Source: an uncultured Candidatus Saccharibacteria bacterium (GTDB lineage Bacteria; Patescibacteriota; Minisyncoccia; UBA6257; CAYRSR01). Taken from it: a stretch of DNA of 64,000 nucleotides. The DNA is taken from positions 1,956 through 65,955 of the forward strand of contig CAYRSR010000002.1 of NCBI GenBank assembly GCA_964427275.1, written 5' to 3'. Shown here in pieces: positions 57,747 to 64,000 of the stretch. The notes beneath the pieces were generated by a model. That model searched no databases, was not told where the DNA came from, and worked only from the letters and a program-made list of their open reading frames with translations. The stretch's first letter is position 1; each line of letters opens with the position of its first letter. The translations under genes were made by a program, and so were the position numbers.

Positions 57747-57878
57747 AACAAATGTAAAATTTAAAAATCAAAATGTAAAATGACAATTTAAAATTCAAAA
57801 TGAACAAATGTTAAAATGATTTTAAGCTTGTCAATTTTAACATTTTGCATTGTAGTTTTGATTTTTGATTTTTTAATT
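57747..57878. repeat. AT-rich modular repeat element, copy C, between rplN and rpsQ; contains the ~75 bp unit in + orientation
   Basis: 57751-57826 (AATGTAAAATTTAAAAATCAAAATGTAAAATGACAATTTAAAATTCAAAATGAACAAATGTTAAAATGATTTT) is ~95% identical to the reverse complement of 58831-58904. The rest of the element is a partial inverted copy. Confidence 0.65.
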
Positions 57879-58112
57879 TTAAATTTTCTTGATTATTCTC
57901 CACCTCTTCTCTCTACTTAATGGCCTAGTTTCCTCAATTATCACTCTGTCTCCTACTTTGTACTGATTTTTCTCATCATGAGCCTTAAATCTCTTAGAAT
58001 ACTTATAGTACTTACGGTAAAGTGGATGTTTCTTTAATCTCTCCACCAAAACAACTCTGGTCTTATCCATTTTATCTGAAACTACTATTCCTTTTAATCT
58101 TTTTCTAGCCAT
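57879..58112 (-). CDS. rpsQ: 30S ribosomal protein S17
   Basis: OB-fold uS17; 77 aa. Confidence 0.9.
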   Translation of the reverse strand: MARKRLKGIVVSDKMDKTRVVLVERLKKHPLYRKYYKYSKRFKAHDEKNQYKVGDRVIIEETRPLSREKRWRIIKKI

Positions 58113-58127
58113 AATTTTTGATATATT

Positions 58128-58337
58128 CTACTTAGTTAACCTGGATTTTTCAATTCTTATAGTTAAGATTTTAGCAATATTCCTTTTTACCTTTCTAATT
58201 TCCCTAACATTCTTTAGTTTTCCAGCTGCCAAATCAAAGTTCAATTGCTGTAGTTTTTTTTTGGATTCTTGCAATTCCCGGTCTAATTCCTGAAGACTCA
58301 TAGTATGTAATTTTTTAAGATATTCTTTAGCCTTCAT
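58128..58337 (-). CDS. rpmC: 50S ribosomal protein L29
   Basis: Helical uL29; 69 aa; operon position. Confidence 0.85.
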   Translation of the reverse strand: MKAKEYLKKLHTMSLQELDRELQESKKKLQQLNFDLAAGKLKNVREIRKVKRNIAKILTIRIEKSRLTK

Positions 58338-58346
58338 ACTTGTTTG

Positions 58347-58763
58347 TCAGGTTGCGCTGATAACTTTTGTTTTAAGAGGTAGTTTATAACCAGCCAGAGT
58401 TAAAGCCTTTCGAGCCAGAGAATGATCAGGTGAATCAATCTCTATAATAATTCTACCCGGTTTTACCGGACATACATAGTGATCTACACTTCCTTTTCCT
58501 CCCCCCATTCCAACTTCTGGTGGAAACTTAGTAACTGGCTTATCTGGGAAAACTCTTATCCAGATTCTTCCGCTAGATTTAAGATAATGAACAATTACCC
58601 TTCTAGCTGATTCTAATTGTCGGTAAGTTAGCCAAGCTGAAGTTAAAGCCTGTAGCCCAAAGTTTCCAAAAACTAACTTCACTCCTCTTGTTTCTTTGTT
58701 TCGATTCAAGGAGCGCCCTTTTTGCCATTTCCTATGTTTTACTTTTCTTGGAGCCTCACGCAT
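58347..58763 (-). CDS. rplP: 50S ribosomal protein L16
   Basis: uL16 core; 138 aa. Confidence 0.9.
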   Translation of the reverse strand: MREAPRKVKHRKWQKGRSLNRNKETRGVKLVFGNFGLQALTSAWLTYRQLESARRVIVHYLKSSGRIWIRVFPDKPVTKFPPEVGMGGGKGSVDHYVCPVKPGRIIIEIDSPDHSLARKALTLAGYKLPLKTKVISAT

Positions 58764-58904
58764 AATAAATTAAAAATTTAAATATCAAAAATTAAAATTA
58801 CAAATCAAAATGTTAAAATTAGCAAATTTCAAAATCATTTTTAACATTTGTTCATTTTGAATTTTAAACTGTCATTTTGTATTTTGATTTTTAAATTTTA
58901 CATT
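58764..58904. repeat. AT-rich modular repeat element, copy D, between rplP and rpsC; contains the ~75 bp unit in - orientation
   Basis: 58831-58904 is the inverted copy of the 57751-57826 unit. The 5' part (AAATTAAAAATTTAAATATCAAAA...CAAAATGTTAAAATTAGC) resembles the first block of copies A and B. Confidence 0.65.
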
Positions 58905-59567
58905 TTACGTAAAGGTTTCACCTTTGTAAATCCAGACTTTTATTCCTAACTTTCCATAGACAGTTAAAGCCTCTGATTCTCCATAATCAATATTACTTCT
59001 AATTGTCTGCTGAGGAAGTTTTCCCTTGCTTAGATGCTCACATCTTGCATGTTCCGAGCCATCTAGTCTTCCACAAATTCTGATTTTGGCTCCAAGTACT
59101 CCGGGATGTTGCATTATATTGGCTAAATGAGTTTTCATTACTCTGCGAAACTTCTTTCTCTGCTCCAGTTCTGTAGCAATATATTGTGAAACTACACTTG
59201 CTGAAACATCAGTCCTTTTTAGTTCCTTGATATCAAGCTTAATCTGAGGCAATTCTTCAATATTCCTGGCTAGCCTATTTTTCCTAATCATTTTGACAAC
59301 GGCCTTATTCAGTTCTTCCAGTTTCTTTCCACCTCGCCCGATAATTAATCCCGGCCTGGCTGCTGTTATAATAACGTTAAGCTTTTCTCCTAGTCGTTCA
59401 ATTTCAATTTTATCTATTCCAGTACGTCCAACCCGTCTTTTTATTTCTTCTCTGATTAAATAATCCTCTTCTAATTGATAATTAAGCCTTCGCTGAAATA
59501 ACCAGCGACTCTTCCAATCCTTATTTATTCCTAATCGAAAAGAATATGGGCTAATTTTCCTACTCAT
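58905..59567 (-). CDS. rpsC: 30S ribosomal protein S3
   Basis: KH domain plus S3 C-domain; 220 aa. Confidence 0.9.
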   Translation of the reverse strand: MSRKISPYSFRLGINKDWKSRWLFQRRLNYQLEEDYLIREEIKRRVGRTGIDKIEIERLGEKLNVIITAARPGLIIGRGGKKLEELNKAVVKMIRKNRLARNIEELPQIKLDIKELKRTDVSASVVSQYIATELEQRKKFRRVMKTHLANIMQHPGVLGAKIRICGRLDGSEHARCEHLSKGKLPQQTIRSNIDYGESEALTVYGKLGIKVWIYKGETFT

Positions 59568-60085
59568 GTGGCTTTTCTTCTAAATATTTTAGTTATACCA
59601 CCTTTCCTTTCTTTTTTTGGCTCAACTTTTTCTTCAGCTTTGGTTAATTTAGTCTTTTCTTCTTCTACTTTCTCTTTTTCCTCCTTTTTTGCTACCTTCT
59701 TTTCTTTCTTCTTTTCCTTTTCTGGAAAACTAAATTGTTGAGGAAAAGGCTTTTCTGCTTCAGCTAAGCATAGGCTTACATGTGTTGATTTTTTCTTAAT
59801 CAGATGCACTCTACCTCGAGCCTCAAACCTGTATCTTTTTAAGCTCGGACCCTGGTCTACTCTGATTTCACTGATAAAAAGCTTTTCTTTAGCCAGATTT
59901 TTATTCTGGGCATTAGCTATAGCAGAATTTAAAAGCTTAAATAAAGGCTTTGCAGCTCTATTAGGTAAAAGATAAAGCTGGGCTAGGGCTCGATTTACAG
60001 GCATCCCTCTGATTAAGTCAGCAACAAGTCTCACTTTTTTGGGACTAATTCTTAAATATCTTAGTTTTGCCTTGGCAGTTCTCAT
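59564..60085 (-). CDS. rplV: 50S ribosomal protein L22 with ~55 aa Lys/Glu-rich C-terminal extension
   Basis: uL22 core (~115 aa) followed by a K/E-rich tail [26 protein letters not shown]...; 173 aa. Confidence 0.85.
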   Translation of the reverse strand: MRTAKAKLRYLRISPKKVRLVADLIRGMPVNRALAQLYLLPNRAAKPLFKLLNSAIANAQNKNLAKEKLFISEIRVDQGPSLKRYRFEARGRVHLIKKKSTHVSLCLAEAEKPFPQQFSFPEKEKKKEKKVAKKEEKEKVEEEKTKLTKAEEKVEPKKERKGGITKIFRRKAT

Positions 60086-60387
60086 GATTGTGCTAGAGCT
60101 CTTTTTCTTTCTAGTTCCCTTTGCATTTTCCCTCCATGTTTGACGAATTTTTTGGTTGGAGCAAATTCTCCCAGTTTGTGACCAACCATTTCCTCAGTTA
60201 CCTTTACCTTGATAAAATCCTTCCCATTATGTACTGCAAAGGTAAACCCAATCATTTCTGGAGAAATCTCTGAATTTCTAGCCCAGGTTTTAATCACTAC
60301 TTCATGCTTCCGTTCAGGTTCTATTTTGGAAATCTTCTTCAATAACTTTTCATCTACATATGGACCTTTTTTTGAACTACGACTCAT
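60082..60387 (-). CDS. rpsS: 30S ribosomal protein S19
   Basis: uS19; 101 aa. Confidence 0.9.
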   Translation of the reverse strand: MSRSSKKGPYVDEKLLKKISKIEPERKHEVVIKTWARNSEISPEMIGFTFAVHNGKDFIKVKVTEEMVGHKLGEFAPTKKFVKHGGKMQRELERKRALAQS

Positions 60388-60393
60388 ATTTTT

Positions 60394-61155
60394 TTATTTT
60401 CTTCGTTGAATAATAAGCTTGTCCGACGGTTTATGTTTTTTTCTAGTCTTCCTACCTCCAGTAATCTTCCCCCATTTTGTCTTCGGATATTTAGTTCCTC
60501 GTTGAGTTTTTCCTTCTCCTCCGCCATAAGGGTGATCTCTAGGATTCATAGCAGTTCCTCTAACCACCGGCCTTCTTCCCATGTGTCTTTTAGTCCCGGC
60601 TTTTCTAATTACTCTTAAGTTATGCTCAGGATTAGAAGCTACTCCTATCGTAGCAAAACAATCCCAGGGAACCTTTCTAATTTCTCCAGAAGGAAGTTTT
60701 AAGTGAGTATATCCATCTTGATTAGCTAAAACCTGAGCAGAACTACCTGCTGACCTACAAAGCTGTCCACCTTTCCCTGGAAAAAGTTCAATATTAAAAA
60801 CCAGACTTCCTACTGGTATTCTGGATAACTTTGTTCGATTACCTACTTCAATTGGAGCTTCAGGTGAACAAATAATTTCCTGACCAGGTTTAGAATCTTT
60901 AGGAGCCAGAATATAGCTTCTGTGACCATCCTGATAAACTATTCTAGCAATATTGGCAGTTCGATACGGGTCATACTCTATCTTTTCTATCTTTGCTGGA
61001 ATACCAATTTTTTGTTTAAAATCAACCATCCTATAAAGTCGTTTTGCTCCTCCTCCACGATGTCGAATAGTTACTTTCCCAGAAGAATTTCTTCCACTAT
61101 TCTTTTTTATTTTTATAGTTAATGGCTTATAGACCATTTTAGTGAGTAATTTCAA
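60394..61155 (-). CDS. rplB: 50S ribosomal protein L2
   Basis: uL2 motifs (GGGAKR, HPYGGGEG); 253 aa. Confidence 0.9.
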   Translation of the reverse strand: MKLLTKMVYKPLTIKIKKNSGRNSSGKVTIRHRGGGAKRLYRMVDFKQKIGIPAKIEKIEYDPYRTANIARIVYQDGHRSYILAPKDSKPGQEIICSPEAPIEVGNRTKLSRIPVGSLVFNIELFPGKGGQLCRSAGSSAQVLANQDGYTHLKLPSGEIRKVPWDCFATIGVASNPEHNLRVIRKAGTKRHMGRRPVVRGTAMNPRDHPYGGGEGKTQRGTKYPKTKWGKITGGRKTRKKHKPSDKLIIQRRK

Positions 61156-61483
61156 TGGTATACCCTTTTTCCAAACTAACTATAGCTTTTTTAAAATCGG
61201 GCCTTTTTCCTTCAGTAAATCTAAATCTTTTAACTTTGCCCTTCTGATTAATTATTCGAACTTTACTTATCTTTACATTATAAATTCTTTCAATCTCTTT
61301 TTTAATTTGAGGCTTATTAGCAATTTTTTTCACAATGAAAAGATATTGATTGTACTTTTGTAAATCAATAGCCTTTTCGGTAATCTTAGGATACTTTACC
61401 AAGAAAGTAAGTCGTTCTCCCTTAGTTGGAGGTAACTTAACTTCCTCTTTTTTCTTTTCTCCTTTTGATTTTCTTTTGAACAT
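61139..61483 (-). CDS. rplW: 50S ribosomal protein L23
   Basis: uL23; 114 aa; operon position. Confidence 0.85.
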   Translation of the reverse strand: MFKRKSKGEKKKEEVKLPPTKGERLTFLVKYPKITEKAIDLQKYNQYLFIVKKIANKPQIKKEIERIYNVKISKVRIINQKGKVKRFRFTEGKRPDFKKAIVSLEKGYTIEITH

Positions 61484-61501
61484 AGTTAAAGCTAATCCAT
61501 A

Positions 61502-62137
61502 TTAAACCAATTTGTAATGATTTTCAATAACTTCTACCGATTTATAGGCTAATAAAACAAGCTGATATTTTAATAGGTCGTAAACACTTAAACTAGTTGG
61601 TTCAATTATTTTTACTTTTGGTACATTTCTTCCAGCTAAAAAAATCTCTTTGTTTCCTGACTCTGGTATTATTAAAACCGAATCTTTCCCGGGAACCAAA
61701 AAATTCCTAATTAACTTGATGAAAACCTTTGTCTTTGGTTGTTCCACAACCAGATCTGAAACTATCTTTAATTGATTTTCCTTTAATTTTTTGGAAAGTA
61801 GAGAAAATAAAGCTTTCTGGACCATTTTTTTATTTATTTTCCGAGTATAATTCTCGTATTTGGTTGGACCAAAAGCTACTCCTCCACCTTTCCATATTGG
61901 AGATCGGATTGAACCATGTCTAGCTCTTCCAGTGCCCTTCTGTCTCCACGGTTTTTTTCCACCACCACTAACTTCAGCTCTTGTCTTAGTGTGAGCTAGA
62001 TGTTTTCTTCGGTTAGCTAGTTTAACTGTTAGTACCTGATGAATTAAACTAGGATTAAACTCAACTCCAAAAATCCTATTTGGTACATCAATTTGTTTAA
62101 TTTTTTGATTTTTTTGATTGTATAAATCTGCTTTCAT
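61502..62137 (-). CDS. rplD: 50S ribosomal protein L4
   Basis: uL4; 211 aa. Confidence 0.9.
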   Translation of the reverse strand: MKADLYNQKNQKIKQIDVPNRIFGVEFNPSLIHQVLTVKLANRRKHLAHTKTRAEVSGGGKKPWRQKGTGRARHGSIRSPIWKGGGVAFGPTKYENYTRKINKKMVQKALFSLLSKKLKENQLKIVSDLVVEQPKTKVFIKLIRNFLVPGKDSVLIIPESGNKEIFLAGRNVPKVKIIEPTSLSVYDLLKYQLVLLAYKSVEVIENHYKLV

Positions 62138-62156
62138 GATTTAAGTTTAGCTAAGG

Positions 62157-62588
62157 TTACTTCACTTCCAACCTTTTGATCTCACACTTGCTATTTTTGT
62201 ATCCTGGTACCGCTCCCTTTACAAATATTAACCGGTTAGATTTATCAACTTTTACCACTTTCAGGTTCTTTACTGTAACCATTCTTCCACCCATTCTTCC
62301 TGCCATCTTTTTTCCTTTAAGTACCCTTTGAGGTGTAGTTGCTCCAATAGAACCCGGAGCTCTAAATTTTTCTTTTTGACCATGAGTCTTTGGTCCTCCA
62401 GAAAAGCCATGACGTTTTACTACCCCTTGAAATCCCAATCCCCTACTTCTTCCTCTAACCGAAACTAATTCTCCTTCAGTTATGGTTATCGGTTCCTTCT
62501 CTTCTATTTTTAAAGGAGTAACCGGAATTACTTCCTCTCCTTTAAAGATTTGAGTCATTTTCATTTTTTTTGCTATAAATTTACTCAT
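62157..62588 (-). CDS. rplC: 50S ribosomal protein L3, minimal form with ~65 aa internal deletion
   Basis: N-terminal KKMKMTQIF and C-terminal [15 protein letters not shown]...[10 protein letters not shown]...VKGAVPG match uL3, but the protein is only 143 aa against ~210 in most bacteria. Confidence 0.8.
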   Translation of the reverse strand: MSKFIAKKMKMTQIFKGEEVIPVTPLKIEEKEPITITEGELVSVRGRSRGLGFQGVVKRHGFSGGPKTHGQKEKFRAPGSIGATTPQRVLKGKKMAGRMGGRMVTVKNLKVVKVDKSNRLIFVKGAVPGYKNSKCEIKRLEVK

Positions 62589-62599
62589 ATTGAGATACT

Positions 62600-62640
62600 A
62601 AAAACTGCCAATCCGCTAAGTTTAGCAGACTAGCAGTTTT
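62600..62640. other. Long imperfect hairpin flanked by A- and T-runs between rpsJ and rplC (terminator/attenuator-like)
   Basis: AAAACTGC(62600-07)...GCAGTTTT(62632-39) outer stem with inner GCTA-agtt-TAGC palindrome; T-run follows on the plus strand and a short T-run on the minus strand. Confidence 0.4.
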
Positions 62641-62662
62641 TTATCAATCAATCAACACTTTT

Positions 62663-62995
62663 TTACATCATCTTAATTTGAACTTCCACTCCGGCTGGTA
62701 AATTAAGTTCAGTTAAAGCATTAATCAGCTTCTGACTAGGATCAACTATTTCTATTAATCTTTTATGAATTGTCATTTCAAACTGCTCTCTAGAATCTTT
62801 ATGGACAAAAGGCGAGCGATTTACAGTATAGCGACGAATCTCAGTAGGAAGTGGTATCGGACCAATTAGTTTATGCCCGGTTTTTTCTATTACTCCCACA
62901 ATTTGTTTACAGGAACTATCAACTAGCCGGCGATCGTAAGCCTTTAATTTTAATCTCAATCTCTGAGTTTCTTTTTCCAACTTCTTCTTGGTCAC
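62663..62995 (-). CDS. rpsJ: 30S ribosomal protein S10
   Basis: uS10; 110 aa. Confidence 0.9.
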   Translation of the reverse strand: MTKKKLEKETQRLRLKLKAYDRRLVDSSCKQIVGVIEKTGHKLIGPIPLPTEIRRYTVNRSPFVHKDSREQFEMTIHKRLIEIVDPSQKLINALTELNLPAGVEVQIKMM

Positions 62996-63007
62996 TGTGT
63001 CTTTTGG

Positions 63008-64000
63008 TTACTTAATTATTTTAGTAACCACACCTGCTCCAATGGTTTTCCCACCTTCTCTAATAGCAATCCTTTGTTGCTCCTCTAATGCTACCGGAGC
63101 AATGAGTTTCACTTTTAGATTAGCAGTATCCCCTGGCATTACCATTTCCATTCCTTCCGGTAAAATTACCTCGCCAGTAACATCTGCAGTTTGAATATAA
63201 AATTGTGGCTTATAACCACTGAAAAATGGTGTATGTCTTCCGCCTTCCTCTTTAGATAAGACATAAACCTCAGTTTCAAATTCAGTATGCGGGGTAATAC
63301 TTCCAACAGCAGCCAATACCTGTCCTCTCTGAACCTCCTCTTTTTTAATACCTCTAAGTAAAACTCCAATGTTGTCACCAGCTCTTCCTTCTTTTAAAAT
63401 CTTTCTAAACATCTCTATGCCAGTTACTACTACTTTTCTGGTAGGTTTAAATCCTACTAATTCTACTTCCTGATTAAGTCTTACAACCCCCCTAGCTACT
63501 CTTCCAGTAACAACGGTTCCTCTGCCAGCAATAGAAAAAATGTCTTCAATTGGCATTAAAAATGGCTTATCTTCCTCTCTTACCGGTAAAGGTATATACT
63601 CATCTAAGGCTTTAATTAGCTCCAGAATTGATTTTACTGATTCATCTTCCAGTGAGTCTGCCTGCAAAGCTTTTAGAGCTGAACCACGAATTACCGGTAT
63701 TTCATCACCAGGAAAATCATATTTTTTCAGCAGTTCTCTAGTTTCTGATTCAACTAAATCTATTAACTCTTTATCTTCTACCTGGTCAGTTTTATTTAGA
63801 TAAACTATTATTGCTGGTACTCCAACCTGACGAGCTAACAGTAAATGCTCTCTTGTTTGAGGCATTGGACCATCCACAGCAGAAATCACCAAAATTGCTC
63901 CATCCATCTGAGCTGCTCCTGTAATCATATTCTTAATATAGTCGGCATGTCCGGGGCAGTCGATATGAGCATAATGGCGATTTTCGGTTTCATACTCAGA
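63008..64000 (-). CDS. tuf: Elongation factor Tu; the N-terminus lies beyond the 3' edge of the window
   Basis: ...[27 protein letters not shown]... through the C-terminal beta barrels. The reading frame continues unbroken upstream of the ORF-track Met to position 64000. Confidence 0.9.
   Translation of the reverse strand, partial: SEYETENRHYAHIDCPGHADYIKNMITGAAQMDGAILVISAVDGPMPQTREHLLLARQVGVPAIIVYLNKTDQVEDKELIDLVESETRELLKKYDFPGDEIPVIRGSALKALQADSLEDESVKSILELIKALDEYIPLPVREEDKPFLMPIEDIFSIAGRGTVVTGRVARGVVRLNQEVELVGFKPTRKVVVTGIEMFRKILKEGRAGDNIGVLLRGIKKEEVQRGQVLAAVGSITPHTEFETEVYVLSKEEGGRHTPFFSGYKPQFYIQTADVTGEVILPEGMEMVMPGDTANLKVKLIAPVALEEQQRIAIREGGKTIGAGVVTKIIK

Noticed and set aside
54507-63803. 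Numerous antisense ORFs across the ribosomal-protein operon and tuf (54507-54902, 60209-60409, 60406-60618, 60922-61122, 61142-61363, 61729-61923, 62988-63194, 63166-63378, 63540-63803)
   Set aside because: All lie within universally conserved ribosomal-protein and EF-Tu genes on the opposite strand. The Ser/Phe/Leu-rich translations are typical of reverse-frame noise.

Overview
This 64 kb window is low-GC and gene-dense, made up almost entirely of housekeeping genes. It looks like a reduced-genome Patescibacteria (CPR)-like bacterium. Supporting this, ribosomal protein L30 is absent between S5 and L15, uL3 carries a large internal deletion, several proteins are minimal versions, and a complete type IV pilus locus is present; the phylum assignment itself is inference. 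The window contains:

- a guanine-deaminase-like gene truncated at the 5' edge;
- seven tRNA genes (Ser-UGA, Arg-CCU, Val-GAC, Ala-GGC, Glu-CUC, Val-CAC, Ser-CGA);
- htrA, leuS, a yvcK-like gene, a secreted Trp-repeat protein, a corA-like gene, cysS, dnaB, recR and rplU;
- the division/cell-wall cluster mraZ-rsmH-ftsL-ftsI-mur ligase, then acyP and rplJ-rplL;
- pcm, then ppdK (pyruvate phosphate dikinase);
- a long minus-strand envelope operon: mreB, holB-like, frr, rseP, proS, a second mreB-like gene, PBP2, a 5'-3' exonuclease, an orphan PAS histidine kinase, mpg and an AmmeMemoRadiSam-type radical SAM gene;
- dnaE, thrS and miaA;
- a complete type IV pilus locus (pilM-N-O, a 98 aa gene, pilB-T-C, major pilin, pilD and three minor pilins) with a divergent comFC;
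- an archaeal-type PEP carboxylase, a CBS-domain protein and a cation/proton antiporter;
- ftsEX;
- the S10/spc ribosomal-protein operon from rpsJ to rplO, preceded by a tuf gene that runs off the 3' edge.

The non-coding DNA is the part most worth following up. A family of AT-rich, internally palindromic modular repeats occurs at least four times. Two copies form an inverted ~75 bp pair that brackets rpsQ-rpmC-rplP inside the ribosomal operon. One copy sits inside the division/cell-wall operon between rsmH and ftsL. One sits between divergent tRNA genes. Separately, four perfect TTATCCACA 9-mers (the DnaA-box consensus) cluster directly upstream of mraZ, next to a GTTATAAGATT direct repeat.
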